In this document: in pieces, positions 1 to 12,383 of the stretch
Layout: every line of letters starts with the position of its first letter
Position numbering within the stretch: position 1 is the stretch's first letter
Source: Malacoraja senta
Taxonomy: Eukaryota
Assembly (NCBI GenBank): GCA_038087875.1
Contig: CM075999.1
Coordinates: forward strand, 3,164,001-3,228,000
Direction of reading: 5' to 3'
DNA: 64,000 nucleotides
The notes under the pieces: model-generated
The model's database searches: none
What the model saw: only the letters and a program-made list of their open reading frames with translations
What the model was told of the DNA's origin: nothing
Program-made: the position numbers and the translations under genes

Positions 1-197
1 ACAATTTACAGAAGCCAATTAACCTACGAATCTGCACGTCATTGGGGTGTGGGAGGAAACCGGAGCACCCGGAGAAAACCCACGCGGGTCCACGGGGAGA
101 ACGTGCACACTCCGTACAGACAGCACCCGTAGTCAGGGTCGAACGCGAATCTTGGGTGCTGTGAGGCAGCAACTCTACCGCTGCGCCACCGTGCCGG
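1..197 (-). mobile_element. tRNA-derived V-SINE (HE1-like), 5' part
   Basis: The minus strand reads ggcacggtggcgcagcggtagagttgctgcctcacagc...cgttcgaccctgactacgggtgctgtctgtacggag..., i.e. a Pol III A/B-box head plus the V-SINE core. The family recurs dozens of times in the window. Confidence 0.8.
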
Positions 198-813
198 CCT
201 TATTGAATAACAGAGCGCGCTCAATGGCCAAACGGTCTGTTCCTAATTTAATTTTTATTACTCATAAGAGTGGAACATTTACAATGCTGCATTCCTCTGG
301 CATCTGGCCCAGCTCCATTCCCTCCGACTACAAGATCTGGTTTTTAATCCTTCATCAGACTCACCCTTCTTCCGACAGTCCTTTCGCTGTTTATATACGT
401 TTACTGAAAACTCCCTTGATGTTACCAGCCAATCCCTCCTCCGACCCTCCCCCTGCGCCTCTTAATCCAACGTTAAAAGTCCCGGCGGAACTTTACTGAA
501 AGCATGCAACAGGCCAGAAGCCAAAACAGTCTTTATACAAATCTGCTGTAAAGTTGCAGAAACAAGAAACTGCAGATGCTGGTTTACAAAACAAAATAAA
601 GACAAAGCGTGCTGGCGTAACAGTGCATCAAGCAGTATCATTGGATAGGCAACGTTTCAGGTCCGGACTGCTGTTCAGTTATTTCTTTATAAATTAACAT
701 TTTTCAAAAGGGCGATGAGTCTTGTAGACCCTCCATTTGCAACTTTACAAAAGAAACACAGTGCTGGAGTAATTCAGCGGGTCAGGCAGCATCTGTGGAG
801 AACATGGATAGGT

Positions 814-1853
814 GACAATAGACAATAGGTGCAGGAGCAGGCCATTTGGCCCTTCGAGCCAGCACCGCCATTCAATGTGATCATGGCTGATCATCCCCCA
901 TCAGTACCCCATTCCTGCCTTCTCCCCATATCCGCTGACTCCGCTATTTTTAAGAGCCCTATCTAACTCTCTCTTGAAAGCATCCAGAGAACCGGCCTCC
1001 ACCGCCCTCTGAGGCAGAGAATTCCACAGACTCACCACTCTCTGTGAGAAATAGTGTTTCCTCGTCTCCGTTCTAAATGGCTTACTCCTTATTCTTAAAC
1101 TGTGGCCCCTGGTTCTGGACTCCCCCAACATCGGGAACATGTTTCCTGCCTCTAGCGTGACCAAACCCTTAACAATCTTATATGTTTCAATGAGATACCC
1201 TCTCATCCTTCTAAACTCCAGAGTGTACAAGCCCAGCTGCTCCATTCTCTCAGCATATGACAGTCCCGCCATCCCGGGAATTAACCTTGTAAACCTACGC
1301 TGCACTCCCTCAATAGCAAGAATGTCCTTCCTCAAATTAGGGGACCACAACTGCACACAATACTCCAGGTGTGGTCTCACTAGGGCTCTGTACAACTGCA
1401 GAAGGACCTCTTTGCTCCTATATTCGATTCCTCTTGTTATAAAGGCCAACATGCCATTCGCTTTCTTCACTGCCTGCTGTACCTGCATGCTTACTTTCAT
1501 AGACTGATGAACAAGGACCCCCAGATCCCATTGTACTTCCACTTTTCCCAACTTGACGCCATTTAGATAGTAATCTGCCTTCCTGTTTTATCTACCAAAG
1601 TGGATAACCTCACATTTATCCGCATTAAACTTCATCTGCCATGCATCTGCCCACTCCCCCAACATGTCCAAGTCACCCTGCATTCTCATAGCATCCTCCT
1701 CACAGTTCACACTGCCACCCAGCTTTGTGTCATCTGCAAATTTGCTAATGTTACTTTGAATCCCTTCATCCAAATCATTGATGTATATTGTAAATAGCTG
1801 CGGTCCCAGCACCGAGCCTTGCGTTACCCCACTAGTCACTGCCTGCCATTCTG
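814..1853 (-). mobile_element. CR1-clade LINE, 5'-truncated (RT C-terminus, 3' UTR, (CTATTGT)n tail)
   Basis: ORFs 1588-1839 (QGSVLGP...KFADDTKL) and 901-1551 (RPHLEYCVQ...RTRGH...FSQRVV..WNSLP) are the CR1 ORF2 C-terminus. Confidence 0.92.
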
Positions 1854-1861
1854 AAGTTAAT

Positions 1862-2040
1862 CAGTGGGTCAGTCAGCATCTGTGGAGAACAAGGATAGGT
1901 GAGGTTTCACAGAGTGCTGGAGTAACTCAGCGGGTCAGGCAGCATCTGTGGAGAACATGGATAGGTGAGGTTTCAGAGTGCTGGAGTAACTCAGCGGGTC
2001 AGGCAGCATCTGTGGAGAACATGGATGGATAGGTGACATT
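1862..2040. repeat. Short tandem array of a ~66-bp unit derived from the Penelope-like terminal repeat
   Basis: About 2.5 copies of cagcatctgtggagaacatggataggtga.gtttcacagagtgctggagtaactcagcgggtcagg. The same unit forms arrays at 7840-8005, 26943-27065, 47089-47665 and 55537-56035. Confidence 0.85.
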
Positions 2041-2526
2041 TTCCAAGTTCTCCTGAGATAAATTAAACAGAGTTTGCACGTTCTCCAGAAATGCTGCCTG
2101 GCTCCGAGTTACTCCAGCATTTTGTCTCTTTTTTTGTTGCAAACTAGCGTCTGCTGTTCCTTGTGTCTAATTAGTCACTCAATGAGGTTTCTGGGCTGGC
2201 AAAGAGTGCAGATGTCAGACTGGAAACCAGAGCTAGATGCGTACAAACATCTGGTACCAGGGGCGATTGGGAGAAGGCAGGAGAATGGGGTTGGGGGGGA
2301 GAGATACATCAACCAAGATTGACTGGAGTAGACTTGATGGGCCGACTGGCCTAATTCTGCCCTTATCACTTACAGTATGAACATCTGTCAGTGCTGTCCA
2401 GGAAACCATTATCTCTGGTGTCATCAGTTAACACGGCTTGTTTTAACAAAGAAAATTGGATCAAAGAGACACTAGCCAATATAGAATGGATGAGGAGGAA
2501 GCTTCCTGTAATGGGAGCGTCTAGGA

Positions 2527-2600
2527 CAGGGGTCGTCAACCTTGTTCTGCATAGGGGCCAGGACCCATGTCTGTGAGCGGTTGGCGGGCCACATCTATCG
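2527..2600 (+). mobile_element. Orphan hAT-like DNA transposon left end
   Basis: CAGGGGTCGTCAAC...gggcca...gcgggccaca resembles hAT/Charlie-type termini. I found no matching right TIR. Confidence 0.4.
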
Positions 2601-2829
2601 CCATAGTTAATAAATGGAGGTAATACACTAACTAAATTAGTAATTTTACTTCGGAGTCACGTGAGTGACTACGTGAAGAAGACCCCGTCCAGCCGCACAC
2701 GCGTCATATCGATCATACGCATAGCGTTCATGACCGTGTGTGGAGGAGCAGGAGCTCCTCCAGCCGGTGAGTAAAAAGCAAAGTTAAAGTAAAAGTCGGA
2801 AGGTAAGTGGTTTCATTTTCACTTACAGG

Positions 2830-4278
2830 GTGCTTTTCTTCCCGCTGAGACGTGTTGGTAGAGGTCCACACAAGTTACAACGGGAAAAGAGCATAGGGGA
2901 AGGAGAGGACAGGGACGCACCGCAGGTAAAACCCCAGATTCTAAGGGTAGCGGGCATCAGGCAGAGGAGTCAGTGGCATCGAAGCCATTTAACTCTCGTT
3001 GCGGTCGAATGTGCTGTTAAACCACCGACGGCGGGGCGCAAGGCTGGACAAAAGTCGGCCCGACCTGTAGACTCGGATGAGTCAGACCCGGAGGTATACC
3101 CTCCTGAAGCAGAAAATATTATGGCTGCAAGGGTCGCTAGCTTAGAGCTCCTGAGGGGAAAAATGATTTACAAAGAACTCCCACAGGAGGATTTAGGTCG
3201 GTGTTGGCCAATAAAGGATACATACATAGAATACATAGATACATAGAAAATAGGTGCAGGAGTAGGCCATTCGGCCCTTCGAGCCTGCACCGCCATTCAA
3301 TATGACCATCACAGGGTGTGCCTTGGATGGGACAGGCACAAGGGTGGCCTACAGGAGAGCCATCAGAAATACCCGTGCAAAGCTATTACAGTGGTTGGCC
3401 TACAGGAGAGCCAGTGCCAGAAATGCCCGCAAAAAGGCAATATATGTGCTGGCCTACTGGAGAGCCAATGCCAGAAATGCCCGCAAAAAGGCAATATATG
3501 TGCTGGCCTACAGGAGAGCCAGTGCCAGGAATGGCCGTAAAAAGGCAATATATGTGCTGGCCTACTGGAGAGCCAGTGCCAGAAATGTCTGAGCAAAGAC
3601 AGTACAACCGTACATATGTGCCAGCACCGACAATTTCAAAAGAAAACATTATGAAGCGTTGGCTTAGAGTTGAGCCAGCGCCAGCAGCACCTGAAACAGG
3701 GCTGCATATCCGTGGGCCTACAAGAGAGCCCGCGCAGGGGGAATCTGGCAGAGACTTACCTGGAACAGGGGAGCCAGAAATTACCCAACATAAAGATGAA
3801 TATCTAGATTCAAATGATGATTTATATCAGGACCAGAGTCCATTATCAGAGCTAAAATGTTCCAAGGCTGGCACAAAAGTTTGCTGTTCCCACAGTAACA
3901 GGGGAACCTTTGAGAGAGGAAATAGCTATGACTATAAATTATCTACTCTCCCATCAGCCCCAGGAATTAACTATGGAGGTATTGGATGAAGATTTTATAT
4001 CGGATTTACAACAAAATGCCTTAGCACTCATGTGTAGTGCGCACTTTGAAATAAATTGTATTCGTGAAAATAGAATAACACCAAATATTCATCCTAAGTA
4101 TGCAGGCTCTGCAAACCATCCAATATACAAATGCCTAAAATCTGTTTTTTGGAGAAAATCTAGCAAGGAAGCTAAAGGATTACCTATGCTGAGCAGAGCG
4201 GTGCAAAGGCAGTATCCCTACAGGCGAAATGCTGGTGCAGGAAAAGGAACAAGCCTATCATTCTCGTATACACGTTGA
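2830..4278 (+). pseudogene. DIRS ORF1 (gag-like) region, fragmented
   Basis: Assigned by position upstream of RT. It is broken into ORFs 2830-3246, 3318-3989 and 3910-4278 and interrupted by a CR1 3'-tail fragment at about 3217-3305. Confidence 0.55.
3345..3590 (+). repeat. 54-bp tandem repeat (18 aa, WPTGEPVPEMPAKRQYMC) inside DIRS ORF1
   Basis: Unit starts at 3396, 3450, 3504 and 3558, plus a diverged 51-bp copy at 3345. Confidence 0.92.
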
Positions 4279-4311
4279 CGTGCTGTACCAAGGATACGTG
4301 GAGGTTACAAT

Positions 4312-5730
4312 GTGCCTACTAGAAGGGGACAACAATTGCCGGTGGCAAACCCCGAGGTAGGGGGGCTTGGTCTAGTAAGAAACACAACAAATGTTTCACA
4401 CTCACAAATAGGGGGAAGGTTACGATTCTTCCTCAAAGAATGGCAATCAATAACAAATGATTCATTTATTTTATGTAGCATTGTAGGGTTCAAAATTGAG
4501 TTGACTCCACGCTTGGATCCTCCAATTCAGCATAATTCAAACTGGTCACGGATTTTCTCAAAGGAACAGAATAAGTTGAATCAAGGGAGAATTGAAAATT
4601 TTATGCGGAAAAGGAGGTAATAGAAAAGTCAGTAGAACAACACGATCAGTTTGTGTCAAATATTTCCCAAAACAAAAAAGGATGGTGGATGTAGAATCCT
4701 TTCGGATCTGAAAAATCTTAAACCTTTATGTACAATAGAAACATTCCAAAATGGAAACTAAATGCCATTCAGCTGGTCACAAAGAATTGCTACATGGCAA
4801 GCACAGATCTGCAAAATGCATATTATTCTGTGAAATGCATGGTAATGATCAAAGATATTTGAAATTTAGATGGATGTCAGTTATGGCAATTTAAAGCATT
4901 GCCCAATGGCCTGACATCAGCACCAAGATTATTCACTAAAATTACTAAAATTACTAAAATTACTCAAACCAATTTTAGCTCTGCTAAGAGCTGAGGGCCA
5001 TGTATTAATGGTTTATTTAGAGGATATTCTGATTGTGCGGGACACTTTGGCTACTGCAATATTGTCAGTATCTAGAGTCAAATACATTTTGAAAAAATGG
5101 GTTTCATTATTCACCTACAAAAATCAAAATTGTTACCAAGCAAGAATAATTGATTAGCCAGGGTTCACAATTAACTCTGAACACATGGTAATCACCTTGC
5201 CAAAAGATAAGGCTGCAGTTAATTGAAGATTGCACTAAACTCATAAACGAGGACAAGCCTTCAATTAGAGAAGTGGCAAGCTTGCTGGACAAATTAATTG
5301 CTGGGTTTCTAGCTGTCAGGTTTGGACCATTGCATTATCAATGTTTACAGAAGGCTAAGGTACAAGCATTAAAATGAATACAGGGCATTTTGACAGGCCA
5401 TGAAATTAACAATTGGATCCATTACAGAAATAGAATGGTGGATTAACAATGTGTCTAATGCTTCCAGAAAGTTCTGGTAGAAACACCTTCTGTCATTCTA
5501 CAGACTGATGTAAGTGCTCTTGGATGGGCGCAACTAGCATGATTTCCAGCTGTGGAGGTATGTGGAATGTCGATGAAGTACCTTTGCTTGAAAATTAAGG
5601 AATAAATTACCTAGAGCTGTTAGGAGCATTTCATGGCCTTAAAGCTTATTGCACTAATATGGGAAATGTGCATGTTCAGGTACAGGTTGACAATACTACA
5701 GCTGTAGCATACCTAAATCACATGGGTGGT
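4312..5730 (+). pseudogene. DIRS reverse transcriptase and RNase H, frameshifted
   Basis: RT motifs GGRLRFFLKEW, KKDGG.R, DLQNAYYSV, FKALPNGLTSAPRLFTK and VYLEDILI (5011-5034, with YLDD changed to YLED). RNase H motifs QTDVS, INYLELL and VDNTTAVAYLN. Multiple indels and stops. Confidence 0.9.
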
Positions 5731-5779
5731 ATCAAATCAGAATCATGTGATAGATTGGCAAATGAAATTTGGACCTGGT

Positions 5780-6220
5780 GTATTGCCAGGAAAAATGTGG
5801 CTGTCAGCAATATATTTACCAGGAAAATTTAACTTAATTGCAGTCAAAATATCACGTAAATTTAATGATAATACAGAATGGTTGTTAAATCAGGAAATAT
5901 TTACACAAATTGTAACACAATTTGGAATGCCAGAGATTGATTTGTTTGCATCAAGACTAAACCACCAATTGCCTAAATATGTGTCATGGGAACCTGATCC
6001 TGGTGCAGTAGCGGTGGATGCTTTCTCGCTACATTGGGGTGGTATGTTTCTGTATGCATTTCCACCATTTTGTTTAATCAACAGATGCATACAGAAAATT
6101 AAACAGGACTCAGCCTCAGGGATTTTGGTAGTACCAGATTGGCCTACACAGCTATGGTACCCACTGGTGTTAAAAATGATCACAAAAAACCCCCCTTATG
6201 ATTATTCCAAAGCAGAATAA
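5780..6220 (+). pseudogene. DIRS N6-adenine methyltransferase-like domain
   Basis: IDLFASRLNHQL...VDAFSLHW...YAFPPF...ILVVPDWPTQLWYP, the MT domain typical of DIRS1-like elements. Confidence 0.88.
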
Positions 6221-6285
6221 AACTGCTTGTACACCCTGTAAACTGATGAACCACATCCTTCACATGATCATATTGGTTTGTTGAT

Positions 6286-7278
6286 TTGCAGATTCTAAGA
6301 AGGCCATATCTTGGAAAAGGATTATCAGACCGTACGGTGGATGTTATGACAGCAGCCTGGAGGAATAGTACCCAGAAGCAGTACATTTCCTATATAAAGA
6401 AATGGGAGGTGTTTTGTTCAGGAAAGAATATTGCATATAACACAGCAGAAATTTCAGATGTAATAGAGTTTCTTTAAACTCTATACTACAAATTAAATTA
6501 AGTTATAGTTAATACTGCACGAAGTGCACTCTCTGCATATTTAAGCAGTGAATCAGAACAAAATCCAATAGGATCACATCCTTGGGTCTGTAGGTTTATG
6601 AAAGGAATTTTCAACTCCAATCCTCCTAGACCTAGGTATACAGAAATCTGGAATGTAAAAGATGTACTGATGCTGCTGAGGGATTGGAATCCTATTGAAA
6701 CTCTGTCATTAGCCAAAAATCACCATGAAATTGGTTATGCTCATGGCATTAGTTTCAGCTCAGAGAGTTCAAACATTACAGAAACTAAGAATAGACAGAA
6801 TGAAGGTAGGGGCGAATGCCGTTACATTCTATGTCTATGATTTACTGAAGCAAAGTAGACCTGGGTTCACGGGATGTAAGTTGGAGTTTTTCAACATATC
6901 CTACAGATCCACGGCTATGTGTAGTAACATATGTAAAATGTTACATAGAAACAACAAGAAATCTTAAGAGGCACAGAATTGGCCATTTTTATTAGTCATA
7001 AAAAGCCTCATAAGAAAGTGTCAAAACAGACAATTTCAAGATGGTTGAAACAGGTGTTGATTTATTCAGGTATTGATACTGATAAATTTAAATCTCATTC
7101 CACCAGGGCGGCATCAACATCGGTGGCCAGGGATTCAGATGTGCCAATAGACCTTATCCTCGCGGCCGCAGGATGGGCAAGTGAACAGATGTTTCACAAG
7201 TATTACCACAAGGAGATTAAAGATCTCGGGGTGTTTAGTGATGCCGTGCTGGATTCAGTATTAAATCCCCCATTATAA
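6286..7278 (+). pseudogene. DIRS tyrosine recombinase, frameshifted
   Basis: AAWRNSTQKQY, NTARSALS, ALVSAQRVQTL (catalytic R), HSTR (7096-7107), AAGW and FHKYY (catalytic Y), spread over several frames. Confidence 0.92.
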
Positions 7279-10200
7279 TAAATGGGCCTAATTTGTTACT
7301 TTTGTTAAAATAAATAGAACCTTTAACTGATTACATTTAATGTTGTGGTTATGCATTGTTGACTGTGCTTACTCAAATAGTCATTCAGTGCAGTGAGCAC
7401 CTGGATTTTAATCCACGGTGTGAAATCACAGAGCTTTGAAATCTTCACGTAGTCACTCACGTGACTCCGAAGTAAAACAGTAAGATTAAACGAGAACTTA
7501 CCCGTTTGAAGTTTGATCTTTATTTTATGAGGAGGAACGTTGAGGGATTACGTGCCCTCCGCTCCCACCCTCATAAAAGGATCAAGCTGGTAGTTCTAAG
7601 TCTTTATGCATCTTACTATCATACTTCAGTAATTATCGTCTGTGATTGTCACTCCGCTGCTTTGAAAGATTGACGCGTGTGCGGCTGGACGGGGGCTTCT
7701 TCACGTAACCCCTCGACGTTACTCCTCATAAAATAAAGATCAAACTTCAAACTGGTAAGTTCTCGTTTAATCTTACTATTAGTAATAAGACATACTAATA
7801 ATACATACATAAATTAGTAATACATACTAATAATACATTGCATCTGTGGAGAACATGGATAGGTGACGTTTCACAGAGTGCTGGAGTAACTCAGCGGGTC
7901 AGGCAGCATCTGTGGAGAACATGGATAGGTGACGTTTCACAGAGTGCTGGAGTAACTCAGCGGGTCAGGCAGCATCTGTGGAGAACATGGATAGGTGACG
8001 TTTCAAGTCTGGGATCCTTCTACAGACTGATTGTAAGATCTGGAACATCACCTATCCGTGTTCTACATGTTAACCTCAACGTTATCACTTTACCTAAACG
8101 ATTGTAATCATATATTTATTGTCTTTACGCTGACTGGTTTGCACACAACAAACGTTTTTCGCTGTAGCTCGTTACAGGTGACAATAAACTAAACTGAACT
8201 AAACAGAGATGCTGGGGTAGGTCTGAAGAAGGGTCTCAACCCGAAATGTCACCCATTGCTTCTCTCCAGAGATGCTGCCTGTCCCGCTGAGTTGCCCCAG
8301 CGTTTATTGCTGGAGTAACTCAGTTCAACTCAGAGCAACTCAATACCTGTCTACAGTTTTGCAGGTGGACAAAAATACTGGAGAAACTCAGCGGGTGAGG
8401 CAGCATCGGTGGAGCGAAGGAATTAGGCGACGTTTCGGGTCGAGACCCATCTTCACATCAACAGTTTTGCAGATTAGTTTAGCTAAGAGACACAACGTGG
8501 CAACAGACCTTTCAGCCCACCATCACACCGGCCAGCGATCACTCCGTACACTAACTCCATCCTACACACAACGGACAATTTACAGCAGCTAATTAACCGA
8601 CGTGTCTTTGGAATTTGGGTGGAAACCGGAGCAACCGGAGGTCACGGGGAGAACATACAAACTCCATACAGACAGCACCCGTAGTCAGGATCAAACCCAG
8701 CAACTCTACCGACTGAAGAAGGGTCTCGACCCGAAACGTCACCCACTCCTTCTTTCGAGAGTTTCTGTCTGTTTATGCTGAGTTACTCCAGCAAGTTGTG
8801 TCTATCTTCAGTGTAAACCAGCGTCAGCAGTTCCTTCCTGCACTAATCCATATCCCCCTGTTCACTGCGTATCCATGTGCTTTTCCCAAAGTGTCATAAA
8901 TGCCAGGGTAGATAAAAATGCTGGGGAAACTCAGCGGGCGAGGCAGAATCAATAGGTGACGTTTCGGGGTCGAGACCCTTCTTCAGACCCGAAACGTCAC
9001 CCCTTCCTTCGCTCCATAGATGCTGCCTCGCCCGCTGAGTTTCTCCAGCATTTTTATCTCCCTTCGATTTTTCCAGCATCTGCAGTTCCTTTGTAAACAC
9101 AAATGCCAGGGAGTGTATTTCACTGCATTGCATGGATACACCACCTCACCCACAGAAGTCCCATCCACCCCTTCAGCACAACTGTGTGTTGTGCATTTTG
9201 CAAGATTATTGTTCACAATCCTTGTGTAACTGAGACAAACTCTCGACATTCCAGCAAGTCGCACAGTTTGATTGTTAACAGTGTTGGCACTGGTAACCCA
9301 CAATTAAACCCAACACCATAAAACCCAAGCAGAGCCCTGCGAGAATTTCCTGATCCAAACTCCTGCCCCACAATATCACTTTCCAGAGCATTACCACAAC
9401 CATCACATCGTTAAAACTTCGACTGCCGCCGAATTAAAGAATGGAAGATGTTAACTCTTCAGACACCCCCGGATCTGTCGCCCAAACGTGCGGTGAAATC
9501 TGTGGATAGCTGATGGAATAGAAAGTTTCTGATTGAACAACATAGCATGGCAACAGGCCCTTCGGCCCATCGAGTCCACGCCGACCATCGATCACCCTAG
9601 TTCTATGTTGTCCCACTTTCTCCTCCCCTCCTTACACATGAGGGGGGCAATTTATAGAGGACCGATTAACCTACAAACCCGCACGTGCGACTTTGGGATG
9701 TGGGAACTCCACACAGACAGCACCCGAGGTCAGGATCGAACCTGGCGCGGTGAGGCAGCAATTCTACCCGCTGCGTCACCCTGCCATCCTGAAACCACTT
9801 TGAAATTTCTATCCTTCCTCATGACACATTTGTGGAATTTGCAAACGTATAGATATGCATTTGTCAGGAGTGGAACAGTGGCGCAGCGGTAGTGTTGCTG
9901 TCTTGCCACCGGGCCGCCCAAACTTGTCTTATCACTGTCACGGACTTATGGACTTCATAAGTGACAGGAGCAGGATTAGGCCATTCGGCCCGTCCAGTCT
10001 ACTCCGCCATTCATTCACGGATGATCTATCTCTCCCTCCTAACCACATTCTCCTGCCTTCTCCCCGTAACCCCTGACACCCACACTGAACTCTGAACATT
10101 AATAGCCCATTATCTGTTTATTTGCACTTGATCAGTTTATTTATTCATGTGTGTATATATTTATATAATGGTATATGGATACACTGATCTGTTTTGTATT

Positions 10201-10526
10201 CATGCCTACTATGTTCTGTTGTGCTGAAGCAAAGCAAGAATTTCATTGTCCTATCAGGGACACATGACAATAAACTCTCTTGAATCTTGAATCTTAATCA
10301 ATAATCTATCTATCTCTGCTGTAAAAATATCCACTGACTTGGCCTCCACCGCCCTCTGTGTCTTTGTAACTGTGGCGGCAGCAGAAACGTGGCGACTCGG
10401 TGAGGTGCGTTGTATGACTTTACCGGGCTGTGCGCAAAGCAAAACATTTCTCGGTACATGTGACAGCAGAGCTTAATTGAAACATTGGAAGCCCGTGGTC
10501 TAGACGGGCGTCTAGACGAGCCTTAC

Positions 10527-10770
10527 CCTTGGCTCCGGGCGGCTGCAGGTTGTCTCCAGTCATCGAACACCACCCGACGGGGAAGATGTCTCCAGAGTCG
10601 TAGCGACACCAGTAATCGAACGCTCCCCTCCAGCCGTCGAACGTGACCAGGACCTCGGAGCCCCTGACGTCCCCGATGGTGGCAGGGCAGATAAAGTGGG
10701 GGTTCTTCCTGTCCACGGCCTCCAGCTTCATGCCCACCTTGCAGTAGTTCTGCGAGGGCGACGGCGGCTC
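10527..10770 (-). CDS. scmh1: scmh1 coding exon, second MBT repeat (244 bp, phase 0 to phase 1)
   Basis: EPPSPSQNYCKVGMKLEAVDRKNPHFICPATIGDVRGSEVLVTFDGWRGAFDYWCRYDSGDIFPVGWCSMTGDNLQPPGAK, with a cag acceptor and a G|gtaagg donor. It closely matches vertebrate SCMH1 as recalled, more so than SCML2. Confidence 0.93.
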
Positions 10771-11173
10771 CTGCGTACGACACAAGGGGGACTGAATCAG
10801 GGAACGCAACGGGTCAAACCCTGGGCTGCACCCAGAACGCTCGCTTGAGATGGCCGGGTATCGTTGGAGATATCTCGACCTCCGTCCAACGCAGGAAAGA
10901 TCACAACTCTGTGGCAAAGGAGGGCCTGGTGTGGGTTAGACCTTCTTGAAGGGAAGGGGGGGGGGGGGGTGGAGAACAAATACGTTGCCGGTGTCCTTTA
11001 GGTGGCCACTCTTTGCATACCTTGGGTAGTCAAAACAAAGAATTCATTCATCCATTCACGACCAACTACAGGAAACTTTCCCACTGATACAGCCATGTAC
11101 TTGGCCCGAAATTCAATGGACAAAATCGGGGAGCAGTCTTCCATTAAGAAAGGGCAAGAATGGAACACATTAA

Positions 11174-11500
11174 GGGGCGGCACGGTGGCGCGGCAGGTTG
11201 AACCGCTGCCTCACAGCGTCAGAGACCCGGGTTTGATCTTGACCTGGGGTGCTGTCTGTGTGGAGTTTGCACAGTCCCCTTGAGACCGCGTGGGCTCAGG
11301 TTTCCTCCCACATCCCAAAGACGTGCGGGCTTGTAGGTTAATTGGGCTCGGTAAAAGTACCCCTGGTGTGTAGGGAGTGGATGAGAGAGTGGGATAACAT
11401 GGAACTAGTGTGAATGGGTGATCGACGGTTAGTTAGCTTGGACACCATGGTCAGCAGGGACTTGGTGGGTCACAGGGCCTGTTCCCGTGCTGTATCTTTC
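11174..11500 (+). mobile_element. HE1-like V-SINE, near full length
   Basis: ggggcggcacggtggcgcggcagg...gggtttgatc head, V-core, and a CR1-like 3' tail gggcctgttcccgtgctgtatc. Confidence 0.8.
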
Positions 11501-11616
11501 AATTATTCAATCGAGGAACAGCATCTGGACCACACAAGGGGCCAGGAAACGGAAGTGTGAAGGACACAAATCATTGTAAGGGCAGCAACCTCTTCAGGCT
11601 GCTACAGAAACAGATA

Positions 11617-12027
11617 TCAATAGACAATAGGTGCAGGAGTAGGCCATTCGGCCCTTCGATCCAGCACCGCCATTCACCATGATCATGGCTGACCATCCAC
11701 AATCAGTACCCCATTCCTGCCTTCTCTCCATATCCCCTGATTCCATTATCTTTAAGAGCTCTATCTAACTTTCTCTTGAGAGCATCCAGAGGATTGGCTT
11801 CCACCGCTCTCTGAGGCAGAGAATTCCACAAACTCACAACTCTCTGGGTGAAAAAGTGTTTCCTCATCTCCGTTCTAAATGGCTTACCCCTTATTCTTGA
11901 ACTGTGCCCCCTGGTTCTGGACTCCCCCAACATCGGGAACATGTTTCCTGCCTCTAGCGTGTCCAAACCCTTAATAATCTGATATGTTTCAATAAGATTC
12001 CCTCTCATCCTTCTAAATTCCAGAGTA
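11617..12027 (-). mobile_element. CR1 LINE 3' fragment
   Basis: ORF 11703-12008 is the CR1 ORF2 C-terminus, followed by the 3' UTR. Confidence 0.9.
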
Positions 12028-12295
12028 TTCCTCAGTCTGATTCCAGTGGATCATGGTGTCCCACAGAGAATTGGGGTTCTAATCTGTCCACTGTGTCTAG
12101 TGGGACACTCGTGTGGGCACCGCACAACTTGTGAGCAAGTTGGGCCGAAGGGCCTGTTTCCATACTGGATGACTCTATGACACAACCCCTTCAATCACAC
12201 TCACCATGGCCGCTGGGGGAAGTGACGGGGATGTGTGTGTGTGTGTGGAATCTACAAAGCTTTACAGTCTAAAGTACGCAAGAAAGAATGCCCAC

Positions 12296-12383
12296 CTTGT
12301 GAAATATTCTGCTGGCGCCATTTCTGCTCCGCTTAAAGTCTTGAGTAAAAACATGGGCCACGAAGATGCGTTCAGTCGAAATC
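12296..12383 (-). CDS. scmh1: scmh1 coding exon between the MBT cores (88 bp as assembled, 1 nt short)
   Basis: (G)FRLNASSWPMFLLKTLSGAEMAP, then after a 1-nt shift RIFHK. Pyrimidine tract plus ag acceptor, AAG|gtggg donor. Not present in the ORF track. Confidence 0.9.

Larger units (their letters stand above)
2643..7780 (+). mobile_element. Full-length DIRS1-like tyrosine-recombinase retrotransposon (coding-degenerate)
   Basis: Inverted terminal repeats at 2670-2706 and 7671-7707. The internal complementary region (ICR) has two parts: 7442-7477 is the reverse complement of 2644-2679, and 7479-7554 is the reverse complement of about 7702-7777. ATT is present at both ends. Domain order is gag-like, RT, RNase H, methyltransferase, tyrosine recombinase. 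Confidence 0.95.

Noticed and set aside
5726..6220. Bacterial or phage Dam methylase plus integrase, suggesting contamination or lateral transfer
   Set aside because: Both domains are normal parts of DIRS1-like elements and lie within its termini.
10420..10917. 165-aa ORF as a standalone gene
   Set aside because: Only 10527-10770 is exon; the rest is intronic read-through.
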